A stretch of DNA of 64,000 nucleotides from an uncultured Alphaproteobacteria bacterium (GTDB taxonomy: Bacteria; Pseudomonadota; Alphaproteobacteria; RF32; CAG-239), in assembly GCA_947167235.1 (NCBI GenBank), contig CAMVHF010000001.1, forward strand, positions 5,675 to 69,674, in the 5' to 3' direction. Below the pieces are notes generated by a model. That model searched no databases and had not been told where the DNA came from. It saw only the letters and a program-made list of their open reading frames with translations. The number at the start of each line of letters is the position of its first letter. The first letter of the stretch is position 1. The position numbers and the translations under genes were made by a program. Positions 41,137 through 52,240 of the stretch are shown here, in pieces.

Positions 41137-44100
41137 CGATTTGTACGGCTTTTTCGCCGAGATACCGTGCCAATAATATCAGATGCGGATTGACATTGTT
41201 TTTATCGAATTTATAGACGACATACGCTTTATTATCCTTTCTGTAAAATTCCAAGTCGACATAATCTCCGCCTTCAACATATAATTTATATGTCAAAACA
41301 GGTTTGACCGCCGGCTTTTCCTCAACACCGATATACGGAGTATTTAACAGCAATTTTAATAAATACATAAGTACTTTTTCTTCTTTCGGATCGGCATTGG
41401 CAGAATAAAGACGTCCGTACCGCAAATCCCAAAGATTAGAGTAGGTCCATTGGTGCCAATCCGTATCCATATCGATAAAGTCGGCTTTAATTTCCCATAC
41501 TTGGAATTGATCGTCAAATCGGATATAAGCGGCCTTGCTTCCGCGTCCCAGATCAATATCAATATTACCGAGATTAAAAGTTTGAATCAGCGAATTATTA
41601 TGTTTTAATGATACGCGAATTACCTGAGAGGCTTTATCTTCAATCGGCAGTAAATTGAAAAATGCCAGATTTTCGGCCTTATCGGATTTACGTTCATAGA
41701 ATTTGGCACCGGCCACGGTTGTCAGAAGATTACTGATTCGTTCCTGAATGACCGGTAAATCCGGCATTTCGTTCAAAGTCCACAGATTACTTTTTTTAAC
41801 AAAAGTCAACGAGGTTTTGTTGTTTTTGATTTCAATGACATCAATATCGTTAATGCGTTTCATGACTTCAGGAAACGCCGGCTTTCCTTCATAAGCGTCA
41901 ACACTGCTTCGATTAACGACAGCGACGCAATAGATACCGGCCGTCAGCAATAATGAACAAACAACAGCTAACTTCAAAAGTCTGATATCAAAAAATATGA
42001 AGTCTTGCAGTGAAAATCGGTGTATGGCTTTTAAGCAGGCTCGTAATAAAAAGACGAGGGCAAAGAGTAGAGGTATCAGCCAAATGTTGATAAATTTAAT
42101 TCGTTTTGCCGTTGCATCGATATCGGTATAAACCTGATAGCGTAAGTTACCGAGCTGCTCGCGATAATCATTCAGATCCGAGCGCAGCGCCGATATGGCG
42201 GCTAATTCGTCTGCAGTAAAGTTTGTGCGCTCTTCAAAATTTCTTTTACTGATGATTTTTTGTAAAGCCGCTTTTGTTTCATTCATTTTTGCAAAAATAT
42301 TTTGCTCTTGCTTTTTATAAACAAAAGAATTTAAGCGACGCATCGTTTCGATCCCTTCAAAACGACGTGTTAAGGCTTTTTTACCGCGTAATCCGATGAG
42401 GTTTTGATCATCGGTTAAGTAATCCAAAGCATTTAAGATAAAGTTCATATTATCATTAATGCCGGTAATGTAATCCCGTTCCAATAAACCGATTTTTTCC
42501 ATCCAAAAGGCATCATACATAAAATCGGAATCGCCGACGACCACCAGTTCAAAAGGATTATCTTTTTCCAATCCGATAACATCGGCAGCCATAATTTTCA
42601 GTGTTTGATCCGGAACGAAATATTGCAGAATATCTTGAGGGTTAAGTCCGTCCGAAACAACTTTTGCCGTCATGACCGAAGATAAGTCACTGGCGCGCAT
42701 CAGCGGATAAAATTTAATTTTGCCCGCCTCATAAACTTCCGACTGCGGTGCGACAATCGAGGCCGAGGCCAGCATGATTTCATTTAAGTTGCGCGTAATC
42801 GGATGCGACGGATTTAAGTCATCCGATTTCAAGCGAAATTGAATAATATCCTGTGAGAAAACCGGATTTTCTTTATAGTCCGTTGTCGCATCAACGGTTA
42901 TGGAATTTTTTAAATCGGCAACAACGTAGTCTTTATAAAATTTAATACCCCAAAAGTTTTCAAGCTCATCCAAATCGGAACTTTGTAAACGTGAATTGGT
43001 AATATTATACAGACGTGAAGCTTCATGCGCCGGATCTAACAATACCAAAAACTTACCGCCTTTACGAGAATAGTTTTTAATGGCTTCAATTAATTCCGGT
43101 GCGATATGTTGCGGATGCAATAAAATGACGGCCGCAAATTCATTATCGTCAAAATCTTTTTTATTCTCGATGATGGTTACATTATAATTTTCTTTAAGAA
43201 TTTCGACGGCTTCCCAAGGTTCGGTTAATATGGCGTTGTTTTCAAGGTTTTCACCGAAAATCGGTACGGAAGATATTATACCGATGTTTTTCTTTTTATG
43301 ATTCAGTAAAAATATTTTTGTCGTGATTTCCTGTTCCAGACTGTCACTGCGTGACGGTACAAAAAACGGAATGGTTTGAATATTTTGTAAAGTATCTTCA
43401 ATCGTCATGCCGAACAGTGCATTTTGGTTCAAATCGATAACCGGTATCGGTTGAATACCATTTGCCAGAGCAATATCTTCTTCATCACTCAAAAATGTCG
43501 GATAATAAATTTTGAAATCAAAATTACCGGCGGACGCATTGCGATATTTTTGCAACAAAATGCGGATATTATCAAAATGTTTGCGCAATTCGGCATTACG
43601 CTGTCCCAATATAGGGGAAAAATATAATTTTGCCAAGACAGGTTCGGGTAAATGACGCAGGATATTTTTTGTTTCATCGCTTAAGGTGAATATTTTTTCT
43701 TGTGTGGCATCAAGCTGAATTTGGCGCATTAAGTTATTGGCAGCGATGTTAATACCTAAAAATGCGGCAAACAGGAATATCCAGCAAGTTGCGGTATAAG
43801 CTTTTCCGGTTGAATTGATAATGCCGGATGTTCCCGCGGTTTTAAAGTTAACGATGAGAGCCGTTGTGAAGTTGCAGAAAACGATCAGTGAGGCAAAAAA
43901 GATGACATCACGCAGTTCCAATAAACCGTGCGTTAATGTATCAAAATGGCTGAGGAAACTGAATGAGGCAATAACATCGATGATGGTATCCGAAAAGAAT
44001 AAGCGGCAGAATGATAAAATATAATCAATACCGCTCCAGAAAAAGAACAAATTGGCGATAACCGATAAAACCAAAGCGATGACCTGATTTTTGGTTAAAG

Positions 44101-44563
44101 CCGACATGGTTTCGGAAATTGCCAACATACAGCCGGCCAAAACAAAACTGGCGGTATATCCGAGCATGATGACCTGATTATCGGGAGAGCCCAATAAATT
44201 TACGGTCAGCCATAACGGAAAGGTTAAAATAAGTGCTAAACCGCAGAACAGCCAAGCGGCCAGAAATTTGCCCCATACCAGAGAATTAACCGAAACAGGC
44301 ATGGTGATAATTTGAATAACGGTTTTGTTACGAAATTCTTCACTCCACAGACGCATGGATATACCCGGAATAAATAAAAGATAAAGCCACGGTTGATAGG
44401 TAAACATGGAAAGTAAATCGGCTTCACCGCGGTTAAATAAATCTCCGAAGTATAATGTAAACGAGCCGTTCAGTATGATAAAAGCTATCAAATATACATA
44501 GGCAACCGGCGATACAAAGTAATGCAACAGCTCATATTTGGCAACAGTCAGTATATTTTTCAT
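41093..44563 (-). CDS. fused ABC-2 permease (GldF-like) / GldG-like auxiliary domain / C-terminal DUF4340-like domain, 1156 aa
   Basis: The N-terminal ~240 aa are an ABC-2 six-TM permease. The middle has a GldG-type (ABC_transp_aux) region. A TM segment and beta-rich region follow at the C-terminus. The 5' end is stop-start coupled to the upstream ABC ATPase. Confidence 0.7.
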   Translation of the reverse strand: MKNILTVAKYELLHYFVSPVAYVYLIAFIILNGSFTLYFGDLFNRGEADLLSMFTYQPWLYLLFIPGISMRLWSEEFRNKTVIQIITMPVSVNSLVWGKFLAAWLFCGLALILTFPLWLTVNLLGSPDNQVIMLGYTASFVLAGCMLAISETMSALTKNQVIALVLSVIANLFFFWSGIDYILSFCRLFFSDTIIDVIASFSFLSHFDTLTHGLLELRDVIFFASLIVFCNFTTALIVNFKTAGTSGIINSTGKAYTATCWIFLFAAFLGINIAANNLMRQIQLDATQEKIFTLSDETKNILRHLPEPVLAKLYFSPILGQRNAELRKHFDNIRILLQKYRNASAGNFDFKIYYPTFLSDEEDIALANGIQPIPVIDLNQNALFGMTIEDTLQNIQTIPFFVPSRSDSLEQEITTKIFLLNHKKKNIGIISSVPIFGENLENNAILTEPWEAVEILKENYNVTIIENKKDFDDNEFAAVILLHPQHIAPELIEAIKNYSRKGGKFLVLLDPAHEASRLYNITNSRLQSSDLDELENFWGIKFYKDYVVADLKNSITVDATTDYKENPVFSQDIIQFRLKSDDLNPSHPITRNLNEIMLASASIVAPQSEVYEAGKIKFYPLMRASDLSSVMTAKVVSDGLNPQDILQYFVPDQTLKIMAADVIGLEKDNPFELVVVGDSDFMYDAFWMEKIGLLERDYITGINDNMNFILNALDYLTDDQNLIGLRGKKALTRRFEGIETMRRLNSFVYKKQEQNIFAKMNETKAALQKIISKRNFEERTNFTADELAAISALRSDLNDYREQLGNLRYQVYTDIDATAKRIKFINIWLIPLLFALVFLLRACLKAIHRFSLQDFIFFDIRLLKLAVVCSLLLTAGIYCVAVVNRSSVDAYEGKPAFPEVMKRINDIDVIEIKNNKTSLTFVKKSNLWTLNEMPDLPVIQERISNLLTTVAGAKFYERKSDKAENLAFFNLLPIEDKASQVIRVSLKHNNSLIQTFNLGNIDIDLGRGSKAAYIRFDDQFQVWEIKADFIDMDTDWHQWTYSNLWDLRYGRLYSANADPKEEKVLMYLLKLLLNTPYIGVEEKPAVKPVLTYKLYVEGGDYVDLEFYRKDNKAYVVYKFDKNNVNPHLILLARYLGEKAVQIDENQMEKILEIIRK

Positions 44564-44564
44564 T

Positions 44565-45293
44565 TCAGGCCTCCGGCTCGGTTATATGACGAAACGCTTG
44601 AGCAAGATTTTGGCATTTTGTTTTTGTCAGAATTTGTTTTAATGTTCCGTCGGCTTTAATTTGTCCTTTATCTATGATAATAATGCGGTTGCATACGGTT
44701 TCGGCTTCTTCCAGCAAATGTGTTGAAATAAGTATGGTTTTATCGGCCGCCATTTGCTTAATCAGCGAACGGATGTGGTCTTTTTGATTGGGATCCAAAC
44801 CGTCAGTCGGTTCATCTAAGAGCAATATCGGCGGATTATGCAAAATACTTTGTGCAAAACCGACACGGCGTTGATATCCTTTGGAAAGACATTCGTTTTT
44901 TTGAGATAAAACATTGGTAACGTGTGCCGTTTCAGCTGCCTTGGCAACAGCATCTTTTTTCAGGCCGCGCAATTCGGCCATATAATTTAAAAACATTTTA
45001 ACGCTGATATCCGGATATAACGGGGAACCTTCCGGCAGAAATCCGATATTTTGCTTGGCAAACAGGGCATTTTTTTGAATGTCCTTTCCTAAAATCTGGA
45101 TTTGACCGGCTGAAGGTGCCAGATATCCGGCAATCATATTCATTAAAGTCGATTTACCGGCGCCGTTGGGACCGAGCAGTGCAATAATATCGCCGGTATT
45201 TGCCGAAAAGGATATATTTTGAACGGCATGAACCGTTTCAAAATCTTTTTTCAAATCAATAACGGATAATGTCGGATGATTATTTTTCTTCAT
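44565..45293 (-). CDS. ABC transporter ATP-binding protein (GldA-like)
   Basis: Walker A GPNGAGKST. Signature LSKGYQRR. Walker B LLLDEPTDGLD. H-loop ILISTHL. Confidence 0.85.
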   Translation of the reverse strand: MKKNNHPTLSVIDLKKDFETVHAVQNISFSANTGDIIALLGPNGAGKSTLMNMIAGYLAPSAGQIQILGKDIQKNALFAKQNIGFLPEGSPLYPDISVKMFLNYMAELRGLKKDAVAKAAETAHVTNVLSQKNECLSKGYQRRVGFAQSILHNPPILLLDEPTDGLDPNQKDHIRSLIKQMAADKTILISTHLLEEAETVCNRIIIIDKGQIKADGTLKQILTKTKCQNLAQAFRHITEPEA

Positions 45294-46383
45294 AGATTTC
45301 TCCTCCGGTCATAGGTTCGTAAGCGCCGGTTGTTGTCGGAAATGTTATCGGTAATCCGTATAGTCTGCGGACGCTGTTAAACGCGGTTGCTTGTGCGCCG
45401 ACCGCGTTCAGATTTTCATTGATGTCTAATATCGACTTAACTTCGCGCGGTGCAAAGTTTTGTTTAATAAAACGCACGAGCGACGGATTTTTAAGTCCCT
45501 CGCCGGCAAGATAAATGTTTTGCGGAATTGCCGGCAGAAAGTCAAGTGCGGCCTGATATATCGCCTCGGCAATAAAATTTGTGGCGGTTGCGGTACCGTC
45601 TTCCAAAGATAAACCTTCCAGATGTTCTTTCTTTTCGCTGAAGCACAATATATCTAAAGATTTTGGCGGGGCTTTGCGTAAAATTTTATGATGTAACAAA
45701 GATTCGACAACCTGACTATGCACTTTACCGGTTATAGCCAAACGACCGTTATAGTCTGTTTGCATATTGGCATGACGGAAAGTCCAATCTTCTATCATAG
45801 CCAGACCCGGCGCACAATCAAAAGCAATCAGTTCACCGGTTTCGCCTAAGTAAATCAGGCTGCTGACGGCATCTAAATCAATAAACAATGCCGGTTTATG
45901 CAAATTTTGCCCGATAACGTTAAAAAATGCCGGTGTCAGCGGTGAGGCTTGCCCGCCCGACAGTAAATCGGCCTTATGGAAGTGGGTAATAATCATTTGA
46001 GATAACATTTTGCAGACAACATGCCCGTCTTCGATCTGGTAAGAGCAGCGATGTTCGGGATCGTTAAATATGGTTAAGCCGTCGATACCGATTTGTTCGA
46101 TTTTTTCCTGCTCGGCAAATTCATTGATGATTTCGGCATAAAATGCGCTGATATTTTCACGTACGCGCTGTACTTCGGTATTGTTTTCCAAATCTTGAAA
46201 AGTCCACCCGCGTTTACGGATAAGCGCTCGAATATCAAGGGCTAATGCTTCGGGATACGGCACGATTCGTGATTTAATAAATTCCTGAATATCAACACCG
46301 TCCGTATTTATCAAGGCCAGTTCAATGGAGTTTAGGCTGGCACCGCCGTATAAACCGAGAGTGTTCAAACTTTTTATTATCAT
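45280..46383 (-). CDS. anmK: anhydro-N-acetylmuramic acid kinase
   Basis: Conserved AnmK N-terminus (MIIKSLNTLGLYGGASLNSIELALINTDG) and central blocks. 367 aa. Confidence 0.85.
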   Translation of the reverse strand: MIIKSLNTLGLYGGASLNSIELALINTDGVDIQEFIKSRIVPYPEALALDIRALIRKRGWTFQDLENNTEVQRVRENISAFYAEIINEFAEQEKIEQIGIDGLTIFNDPEHRCSYQIEDGHVVCKMLSQMIITHFHKADLLSGGQASPLTPAFFNVIGQNLHKPALFIDLDAVSSLIYLGETGELIAFDCAPGLAMIEDWTFRHANMQTDYNGRLAITGKVHSQVVESLLHHKILRKAPPKSLDILCFSEKKEHLEGLSLEDGTATATNFIAEAIYQAALDFLPAIPQNIYLAGEGLKNPSLVRFIKQNFAPREVKSILDINENLNAVGAQATAFNSVRRLYGLPITFPTTTGAYEPMTGGEIYEEK

Positions 46384-46470
46384 TTGGATTAATCCTGTTG
46401 CAATAGCAAAATTGTATGCTAATATACGTTAAAAATTGGTATAAATTAAGGAAAGGACAGAGGACAAACG

Positions 46471-47721
46471 ATGACAAAATTTAAATCGGAATTCTTAAAT
46501 ATAATGCAAGAGCGCGGTTTTTACAATCAATGCACAAATATAGAGGGGTTTGACGACTATCTGTATGAATGTGAAAGTAAAGGAAAACCGGCAGTCGGCT
46601 ATTTAGGATCCGATCCGACGGGCGACAGTTTGCACGTCGGGCATATTGTGCCGCTGATGATGTTACGTTGGTTCCAAAAATGCGGCCACAAGCCTTTAGC
46701 TTTAGTCGGCGGTGCAACCGCGCGTATCGGTGATCCGTCCGGCAAAGATAAGCTTCGCCCGTTTTTGGATGAAGAAACTTTGGCTCATAATATTGTAGGC
46801 TTAAAAAAATCCTTTTCAAAATTCTTGAAATTCGGCGACGGAGCTACGGATGCGATTATGGTTGATAACTGGGATTGGTTTAAGAATATCAACTATTTGG
46901 CATTTTTGCGCGATATCGGAACTTGCTATTCGGTTAACCGTATGTTGACGATGGATAGCGTAAAAAGCCGTCTGGAACGTGAACAACCGATGTCGTTTTT
47001 GGAATTTAACTATATGCTGTTGCAAGGTTATGATTTCTGTGTATTGCTGCAAAAATACGGTTGCCGTGCGCAAATTGCCGGTGCCGACCAATGGGGTAAT
47101 ATAACATCCGGTACCGAACTCGGCCGTCGTCGCTACGATACCGAATTGTTCGGCTTTACCAGCCCGATTCTGACCGATTCGGCCGGTAAAAAAATGGGCA
47201 AATCCGAAGGTAATGCCGTATGGATTAACGAAGAAAAGTTACCGTCGTATGATTATTACCAATATTTTCGCAATATCGGTGATGCCGAAGTCGGTAAGTG
47301 CTTACGCATATTCACTGATTTACCGATGGATGAAGTTTATCGTCTGGAAAAATTGCAGGATAAAGAAATTAATGAGGCTAAAAAGATTTTGGCTTTTGAA
47401 GCAACAAAAATTTGCCGCGGTTTGGAAGAAGCACAGTCTGCGCAAGAAACAGCCGTCAAAACTTTTGAACAAGGTGCTGCCGGCGGAGATTTGCCGACAC
47501 TTAATGCCGATTTGAATGCCGGTATAAGTGTTTTGGATGCGTTTTTGCAAATCGGATTTGTTGCCAGCAAGGGCGAAGCGCGCCGTTTAATTAAACAGGC
47601 CGGCTTGAAAATCAATGATAAACCGGTTACCGATGAAAATTATATGATTACCGCCAAAGACGTTATTGACGGTGCGGTTAAAATCGCTCAAGGCAAAAAG
47701 AAATTCGGTTTGATTAAATAA
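46471..47721 (+). CDS. tyrS: tyrosine--tRNA ligase
   Basis: HIGH motif LHVGHIVP. KMSKS motif KMGKSEG. C-terminal S4 domain. Confidence 0.93.
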   Translation: MTKFKSEFLNIMQERGFYNQCTNIEGFDDYLYECESKGKPAVGYLGSDPTGDSLHVGHIVPLMMLRWFQKCGHKPLALVGGATARIGDPSGKDKLRPFLDEETLAHNIVGLKKSFSKFLKFGDGATDAIMVDNWDWFKNINYLAFLRDIGTCYSVNRMLTMDSVKSRLEREQPMSFLEFNYMLLQGYDFCVLLQKYGCRAQIAGADQWGNITSGTELGRRRYDTELFGFTSPILTDSAGKKMGKSEGNAVWINEEKLPSYDYYQYFRNIGDAEVGKCLRIFTDLPMDEVYRLEKLQDKEINEAKKILAFEATKICRGLEEAQSAQETAVKTFEQGAAGGDLPTLNADLNAGISVLDAFLQIGFVASKGEARRLIKQAGLKINDKPVTDENYMITAKDVIDGAVKIAQGKKKFGLIK

Positions 47722-47728
47722 CTAAAAA

Positions 47729-47757
47729 ACGCCGCGGTTTTAAGCGGCGTTTTTTTT
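47729..47757. terminator. bidirectional intrinsic terminator between tyrS and the convergent SBP gene
   Basis: acgccgc-ggttttaa-gcggcgt hairpin, A-tract upstream, TTTTTTTT downstream. Confidence 0.65.
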
Positions 47758-48868
47758 AATAAACTTTGGTGTAATTTTCATCATCGTATTTATAAACAGC
47801 GTAAGATTCGCTGACTTTCGGTGCACCGTTATGGAACATTTTGTTACCGAATTCGGTGCGGATATTTTTATCGTTCAAATGGGCCGAAAGCTTATTGTAA
47901 TCGAAGGATTTAGCCTTTTTTACCAAATTTTCCCAAAGTTTAACCGCCGAATAACCATAAAGTGATAAGCCTTCAAATTCAAAACCGCTAAGGCGTAGTT
48001 TGACAAGTGTTTCGGCAAAATCCGGATCATCGTTATGACCGCGCAATTCCATAAAATAAGTGTTATCAGCCAATTGCCCCATATAGTCAAAATAATCTTT
48101 TGTGGCAGCGTATTTGTTGGTAAACAAGATAAGTGAATCACTATCCTCTTTCAGTTGACGTGCCATTTTACGGATATTTTTCGAAGTGCCGAGCAGAAAG
48201 GCGACTTGACTGCCGTCTTGCAATACAAGTTCGGACAATTTGCGATAATCTTTTTTAGTCATGCTATAGGTGTAAAGTTTGACAATAATTGATTTTCCGT
48301 GTTTTTTAAACTCGTCAATAATAGCGTTAGCCTCTTCCATGCTTTCCACATCGGTATCGTTGCTGATAACGGCGACTTTTTGGCCGGCAAAGGCCTTATT
48401 GTAGTAATTGAAGAAATCTTTGGCTTCCTGATGCGTATAGCCAAGCATTTTAACTAATCCTTTTTTGATGGTTTTAGCTTGAGTATAATTAACCGTGGTC
48501 GGGATAATCTGAAAAATTTGCGCGGTTGCGTAAACATCGGCAACTTCATCAAACGAATTAGCACAATACGGACCGATAACCAAGGCTATTTTCTTTTCTT
48601 TTTGTACGGCAAGCATTTGGGCGGTGGATATGGCAATGCTGTTGTTGCACTGGTCATCAATTGAAAGAAAAGAGATTTTTTGCCCGATCAGACCGCCGTT
48701 TTCATTGATTTCATCAATGGCGCGCTTAACACCTTTGTTTAATTCGGCACCTTGCTGCTCATAGTCACCGGCCTTTGGGGCAACCAAAGCGACGGTTACT
48801 TCGGAAAAAGCCGGATCCGGCAATATTATCAGCAAAAAAGCGACTATATATACAAATGCTCTGTACAT
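47756..48868 (-). CDS. periplasmic branched-chain amino acid-binding protein family (type I PBP, LivJ/LivK-like). No transporter partner in window
   Basis: Signal peptide MYRAFVYIVAFLLIILPDPAFS. LivJ-like N-terminal block (VALVAPKAGDYEQQGAELNKGVKRAIDEINENGGLIG). Size 370 aa. Confidence 0.65.
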   Translation of the reverse strand: MYRAFVYIVAFLLIILPDPAFSEVTVALVAPKAGDYEQQGAELNKGVKRAIDEINENGGLIGQKISFLSIDDQCNNSIAISTAQMLAVQKEKKIALVIGPYCANSFDEVADVYATAQIFQIIPTTVNYTQAKTIKKGLVKMLGYTHQEAKDFFNYYNKAFAGQKVAVISNDTDVESMEEANAIIDEFKKHGKSIIVKLYTYSMTKKDYRKLSELVLQDGSQVAFLLGTSKNIRKMARQLKEDSDSLILFTNKYAATKDYFDYMGQLADNTYFMELRGHNDDPDFAETLVKLRLSGFEFEGLSLYGYSAVKLWENLVKKAKSFDYNKLSAHLNDKNIRTEFGNKMFHNGAPKVSESYAVYKYDDENYTKVY

Positions 48869-48990
48869 GATGTTGCACTTATCATTAAAACATTAGTCCA
48901 CTATAACAGAGAAATTTGTTTTTGCAAATACTATTAAAGTATTGCCAACACAATAGGAATGATATACAATCCGTCGCTATGGAGTGAATA

Positions 48991-51810
48991 ATGTCTGAAA
49001 ATAAATATATAGAAATCAAAGGTGCGCGTCAGCACAATTTGAAAAATATCAATGTTAATATCCCGAAGAATAAATTAACGGTTATTACCGGTTTATCGGG
49101 TTCGGGAAAATCTTCGTTGGCGTTTGATACGATTTATGCCGAAGGTCAACGGCGCTATGTCGAAAGTCTGTCGGTGTATGCCAGACAATTTTTAGATTTG
49201 ATGAGCAAACCGGATGTCGATTCGATAGAGGGGTTATCACCGGCGATTTCAATTGAACAAAAAACGATTTCACATAATCCGCGTTCGACCGTCGGAACGG
49301 TTACCGAGATTTATGATTATATGCGCTTATTGTGGGCGCGTGCCGGTACGCCGTATTCACCGGCAACTGGTTTGCCGATTGAAGCACAGTCATCTTCGCA
49401 GATGGTGGATAAAATTTTAGAATATCCGGAAGGTAGTAAGATTATTTTATTGGCACCGATTGCCCGCGGTAAAAAAGGCGAGTTTAAAAAAGAATTCGCC
49501 GAGTTGCAGAAAAAAGGTTTTCAGCGTTTGGATGTTGACGGTGAAATCTATAATATCGACGAATTGCCGGCCTTGAATAAAAACATTAAGCACGATATTG
49601 AAGTTGTGGTTGACAGGCTGATTATCAAAGACGGTATAAATACGCGTTTGGCGCAGTCGGTAGAAACGGCCTTAAAATTAAGCGACGGGATTTTGTATGT
49701 TGAAAATATGGCCGATAAATCACGCTCGACATTTTCTTCTAAATTTGCCTGTCCGGTTTCCGGCTTCACGATAGAAGAAATAGAACCGCGTCTATTTTCG
49801 TTCAATAATCCCGAAGGAGCCTGCCCGCATTGCGGCGGTTTGGGCGCCAGTTTGTATATGGATCCGGAACTTGTGGTGCCGAATGAAAATTTAAGTTTGG
49901 CAAACGGCGCTATTGCGCCATGGTCGGTCAGCAGTCATTCGATTTTTTATCGTCAAACATTGAATTCGCTGTGTGAGTATCTGGAAATTTCCAATAAAAC
50001 GCCGTGGAAAGATTTGCCGGCGTATGCCCAAGAGATGATTTTATACGGTTCGGGCAACAAATGTGTGCCGATGGTTTATTCCAAATGGGTGACCGATAAA
50101 CCGTTTGAGGGCGTTATTCCGAATATGGAACGCCGTTTTATGGAAACCGATTCGGCAACGGTGCGCGAAGAATTATCGCATTATCAGTCGGCGGCACCAT
50201 GTGAAGTTTGTCATGGCAAACGCTTAAAGCCGGAAGCATTGGCGGTTAAGATTTGCGGTAAAGACATTATGGAAGTAACGGAAATGTCAATTAAGCAGGC
50301 GTTGCCATGGTTTAAGGGCGTGGAAGAACAATTATCACCGCAAAAAAGAGAAATTGCCCGCAAAATCGTTAAAGAAATTGTCGAGCGGTTGAGCTTTTTA
50401 AACAATGTCGGACTGGATTATCTGAATTTATCGCGGCAGTCCGGTACGCTGTCCGGCGGAGAGGCTCAGCGGATTCGTTTGGCTTCGCAAATCGGCACAG
50501 GCTTAACCGGTGTGATGTATGTTTTAGACGAACCGTCCATCGGGTTGCACCAAAGAGATAATGATAAACTGCTTGACAGTTTGACACGACTACGTGATAT
50601 CGGCAATACGGTTATCGTGGTCGAGCACGATGAAGATGCTATGCGTGCGGCTGATTATTTGGTGGATATGGGTCCTCTTGCCGGTTCTAAAGGCGGCGAG
50701 GTAACGGCATGCGGTACGGTTGACGAAGTTTTGAAAAATCCGAACAGCTTGACGGCTAAATACTTAAACGGCGAAAAATGTATTCCGGTACCGCCGAAAC
50801 GTCGTAAAGGTAACGGTAAATTTTTGGAACTAAAAGGCGCGCGTGTCAATAATCTGAAAGATGTCGATTTAAAGGTTCCGCTCGGAACATTTACCTGCGT
50901 GACCGGTATTTCCGGTTCGGGTAAATCATCGCTGATTTTGGAAACGTTGTTTAAGGCGGTGGATAAAGAATTAAACGGTAGCCGCGTGCCGCCCGGAGCT
51001 TATGATAAATTGGTAGGTATTGAAAATATCGATAAAGTTATTGATATCGACCAATCGCCGATCGGGCGGACACCGCGTTCCAACCCGGCAACCTATACCG
51101 GTGTATTTACCAATATTCGTGACTGGTTTGCCGAATTGCCGGAAGCCAAAGCACGCGGTTACACATCCGGCTATTTTTCTTTCAATGTCGCCGGTGGACG
51201 TTGCGAAGCCTGCAAAGGCGACGGCGTGATGAAAATCGAAATGAACTTCCTGCCAGATGTTTATGTTCCGTGTGATGCTTGTCACGGTACGCGCTATAAT
51301 CGTGAAACGCTGGAAGTAAAATTTAAGGATAAATCAATAGCTGACGTTTTGGATATGACGATTGATGATGCTTATAAGTTTTTTGAAAACATTCCGCCGA
51401 TAAAGCGTCGTTTGGATTTACTGCGCCGTGTCGGTTTGGGATACGTCAAACTCGGACAGCCGGCGCCGACTTTATCGGGCGGTGAGGCGCAACGTATTAA
51501 GTTATCTAAAGAGCTGAGCAAAAAAGCCACCGGTAAAACACTGTATATCTTAGACGAACCGACAACCGGTCTGCATTTTGAAGATATCAAGCATTTGCTG
51601 AACGTTCTTGAAATGCTGGTTGATGAGGGCAATACGGTGGTCGTTATCGAGCATAATCTGGATGTGATAAAAACCGCGGATTATATTGTGGATGTCGGAC
51701 CGGAAGGTGGTGACGGCGGCGGCGAAATTATAGCCACCGGCACACCGGAAGAAGTCGCCAAAAACAAACGCAGTTTTACCGGTAAATATCTGAAAGGCAA
51801 GCTCGGTTAA
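48991..51810 (+). CDS. uvrA: excinuclease ABC subunit A
   Basis: Two ABC modules ([33 protein letters not shown] twice). Zinc fingers CPxCxG, CExCxG, CDAC. 939 aa. Confidence 0.95.
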   Translation: MSENKYIEIKGARQHNLKNINVNIPKNKLTVITGLSGSGKSSLAFDTIYAEGQRRYVESLSVYARQFLDLMSKPDVDSIEGLSPAISIEQKTISHNPRSTVGTVTEIYDYMRLLWARAGTPYSPATGLPIEAQSSSQMVDKILEYPEGSKIILLAPIARGKKGEFKKEFAELQKKGFQRLDVDGEIYNIDELPALNKNIKHDIEVVVDRLIIKDGINTRLAQSVETALKLSDGILYVENMADKSRSTFSSKFACPVSGFTIEEIEPRLFSFNNPEGACPHCGGLGASLYMDPELVVPNENLSLANGAIAPWSVSSHSIFYRQTLNSLCEYLEISNKTPWKDLPAYAQEMILYGSGNKCVPMVYSKWVTDKPFEGVIPNMERRFMETDSATVREELSHYQSAAPCEVCHGKRLKPEALAVKICGKDIMEVTEMSIKQALPWFKGVEEQLSPQKREIARKIVKEIVERLSFLNNVGLDYLNLSRQSGTLSGGEAQRIRLASQIGTGLTGVMYVLDEPSIGLHQRDNDKLLDSLTRLRDIGNTVIVVEHDEDAMRAADYLVDMGPLAGSKGGEVTACGTVDEVLKNPNSLTAKYLNGEKCIPVPPKRRKGNGKFLELKGARVNNLKDVDLKVPLGTFTCVTGISGSGKSSLILETLFKAVDKELNGSRVPPGAYDKLVGIENIDKVIDIDQSPIGRTPRSNPATYTGVFTNIRDWFAELPEAKARGYTSGYFSFNVAGGRCEACKGDGVMKIEMNFLPDVYVPCDACHGTRYNRETLEVKFKDKSIADVLDMTIDDAYKFFENIPPIKRRLDLLRRVGLGYVKLGQPAPTLSGGEAQRIKLSKELSKKATGKTLYILDEPTTGLHFEDIKHLLNVLEMLVDEGNTVVVIEHNLDVIKTADYIVDVGPEGGDGGGEIIATGTPEEVAKNKRSFTGKYLKGKLG

Positions 51811-52049
51811 TTTTCACGGCATTCTTCAAAAACAATGCGTATTTTTTTGCCGTAAAAATTCAACAATCGGCGAAATGCCGAGTACTGAAGAAATTTACCG
51901 ATTTCCATGCCTTCGATGATTCGTGCCGGCAAATTGGTTCGGGTAGCAACGGTACGCAGGTAAAGCCGCCGAGCGTTTCGTTCTTGCCATAAGGCGTATC
52001 CTATTTCACGCAAAGTTTGTTTATCGATTTCATTATAATATTTGGACAT
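51807..52049 (-). CDS. small XRE-family helix-turn-helix transcriptional regulator (80 aa)
   Basis: HTH-like segment [39 protein letters not shown]. Start re-called at ATG (complement of 52047-52049), with aaggag RBS 7 nt upstream. The longer 151-aa ORF-track call runs through an intrinsic terminator and is rejected. Confidence 0.55.
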   Translation of the reverse strand: MSKYYNEIDKQTLREIGYALWQERNARRLYLRTVATRTNLPARIIEGMEIGKFLQYSAFRRLLNFYGKKIRIVFEECREN

Positions 52050-52230
52050 TTTCAGAACTCCTTTTTTGCTGATTTGAAACAAAAAACGACCGAAAATTCG
52101 GTCGGGGAGTTCGAAACTGTAAGAGAACAGTCCGGTGTATTCAATATATTCTACCGGCTCCCCGTTAATGGGAGCTATATCTCTTAAGGAGTTTCGACAC
52201 TCCGCCGACGACCTCTCGCCGACAAAATTG
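52050..52230 (-). promoter_or_regulatory. candidate structured 5' leader / attenuator RNA ending in an intrinsic terminator, immediately upstream of the XRE gene
   Basis: Minus-strand transcript from a predicted TTGCAT-N16-TAATAT promoter (plus-strand coordinates 52231-52258). It has at least four local hairpins (ggagt/actcc, gctccc/gggagc, ccggt/accgg, actgt/acagt). The terminator is cgaccga-atttt-tcggtcg plus TTTTTTG (52081-52104). Alternative pairings overlap the terminator arm. Confidence 0.4.
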
Positions 52231-52240
52231 ATATTAAGGT

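Noticed and set aside
52103-52125. tRNA-like T-loop sequence GGGGAGTTCGAAACTG
   Set aside because: No matching acceptor, D or anticodon arms could be built around it in either orientation. It is interpreted as one arm of the leader RNA's alternative pairing, not a tRNA or tmRNA.
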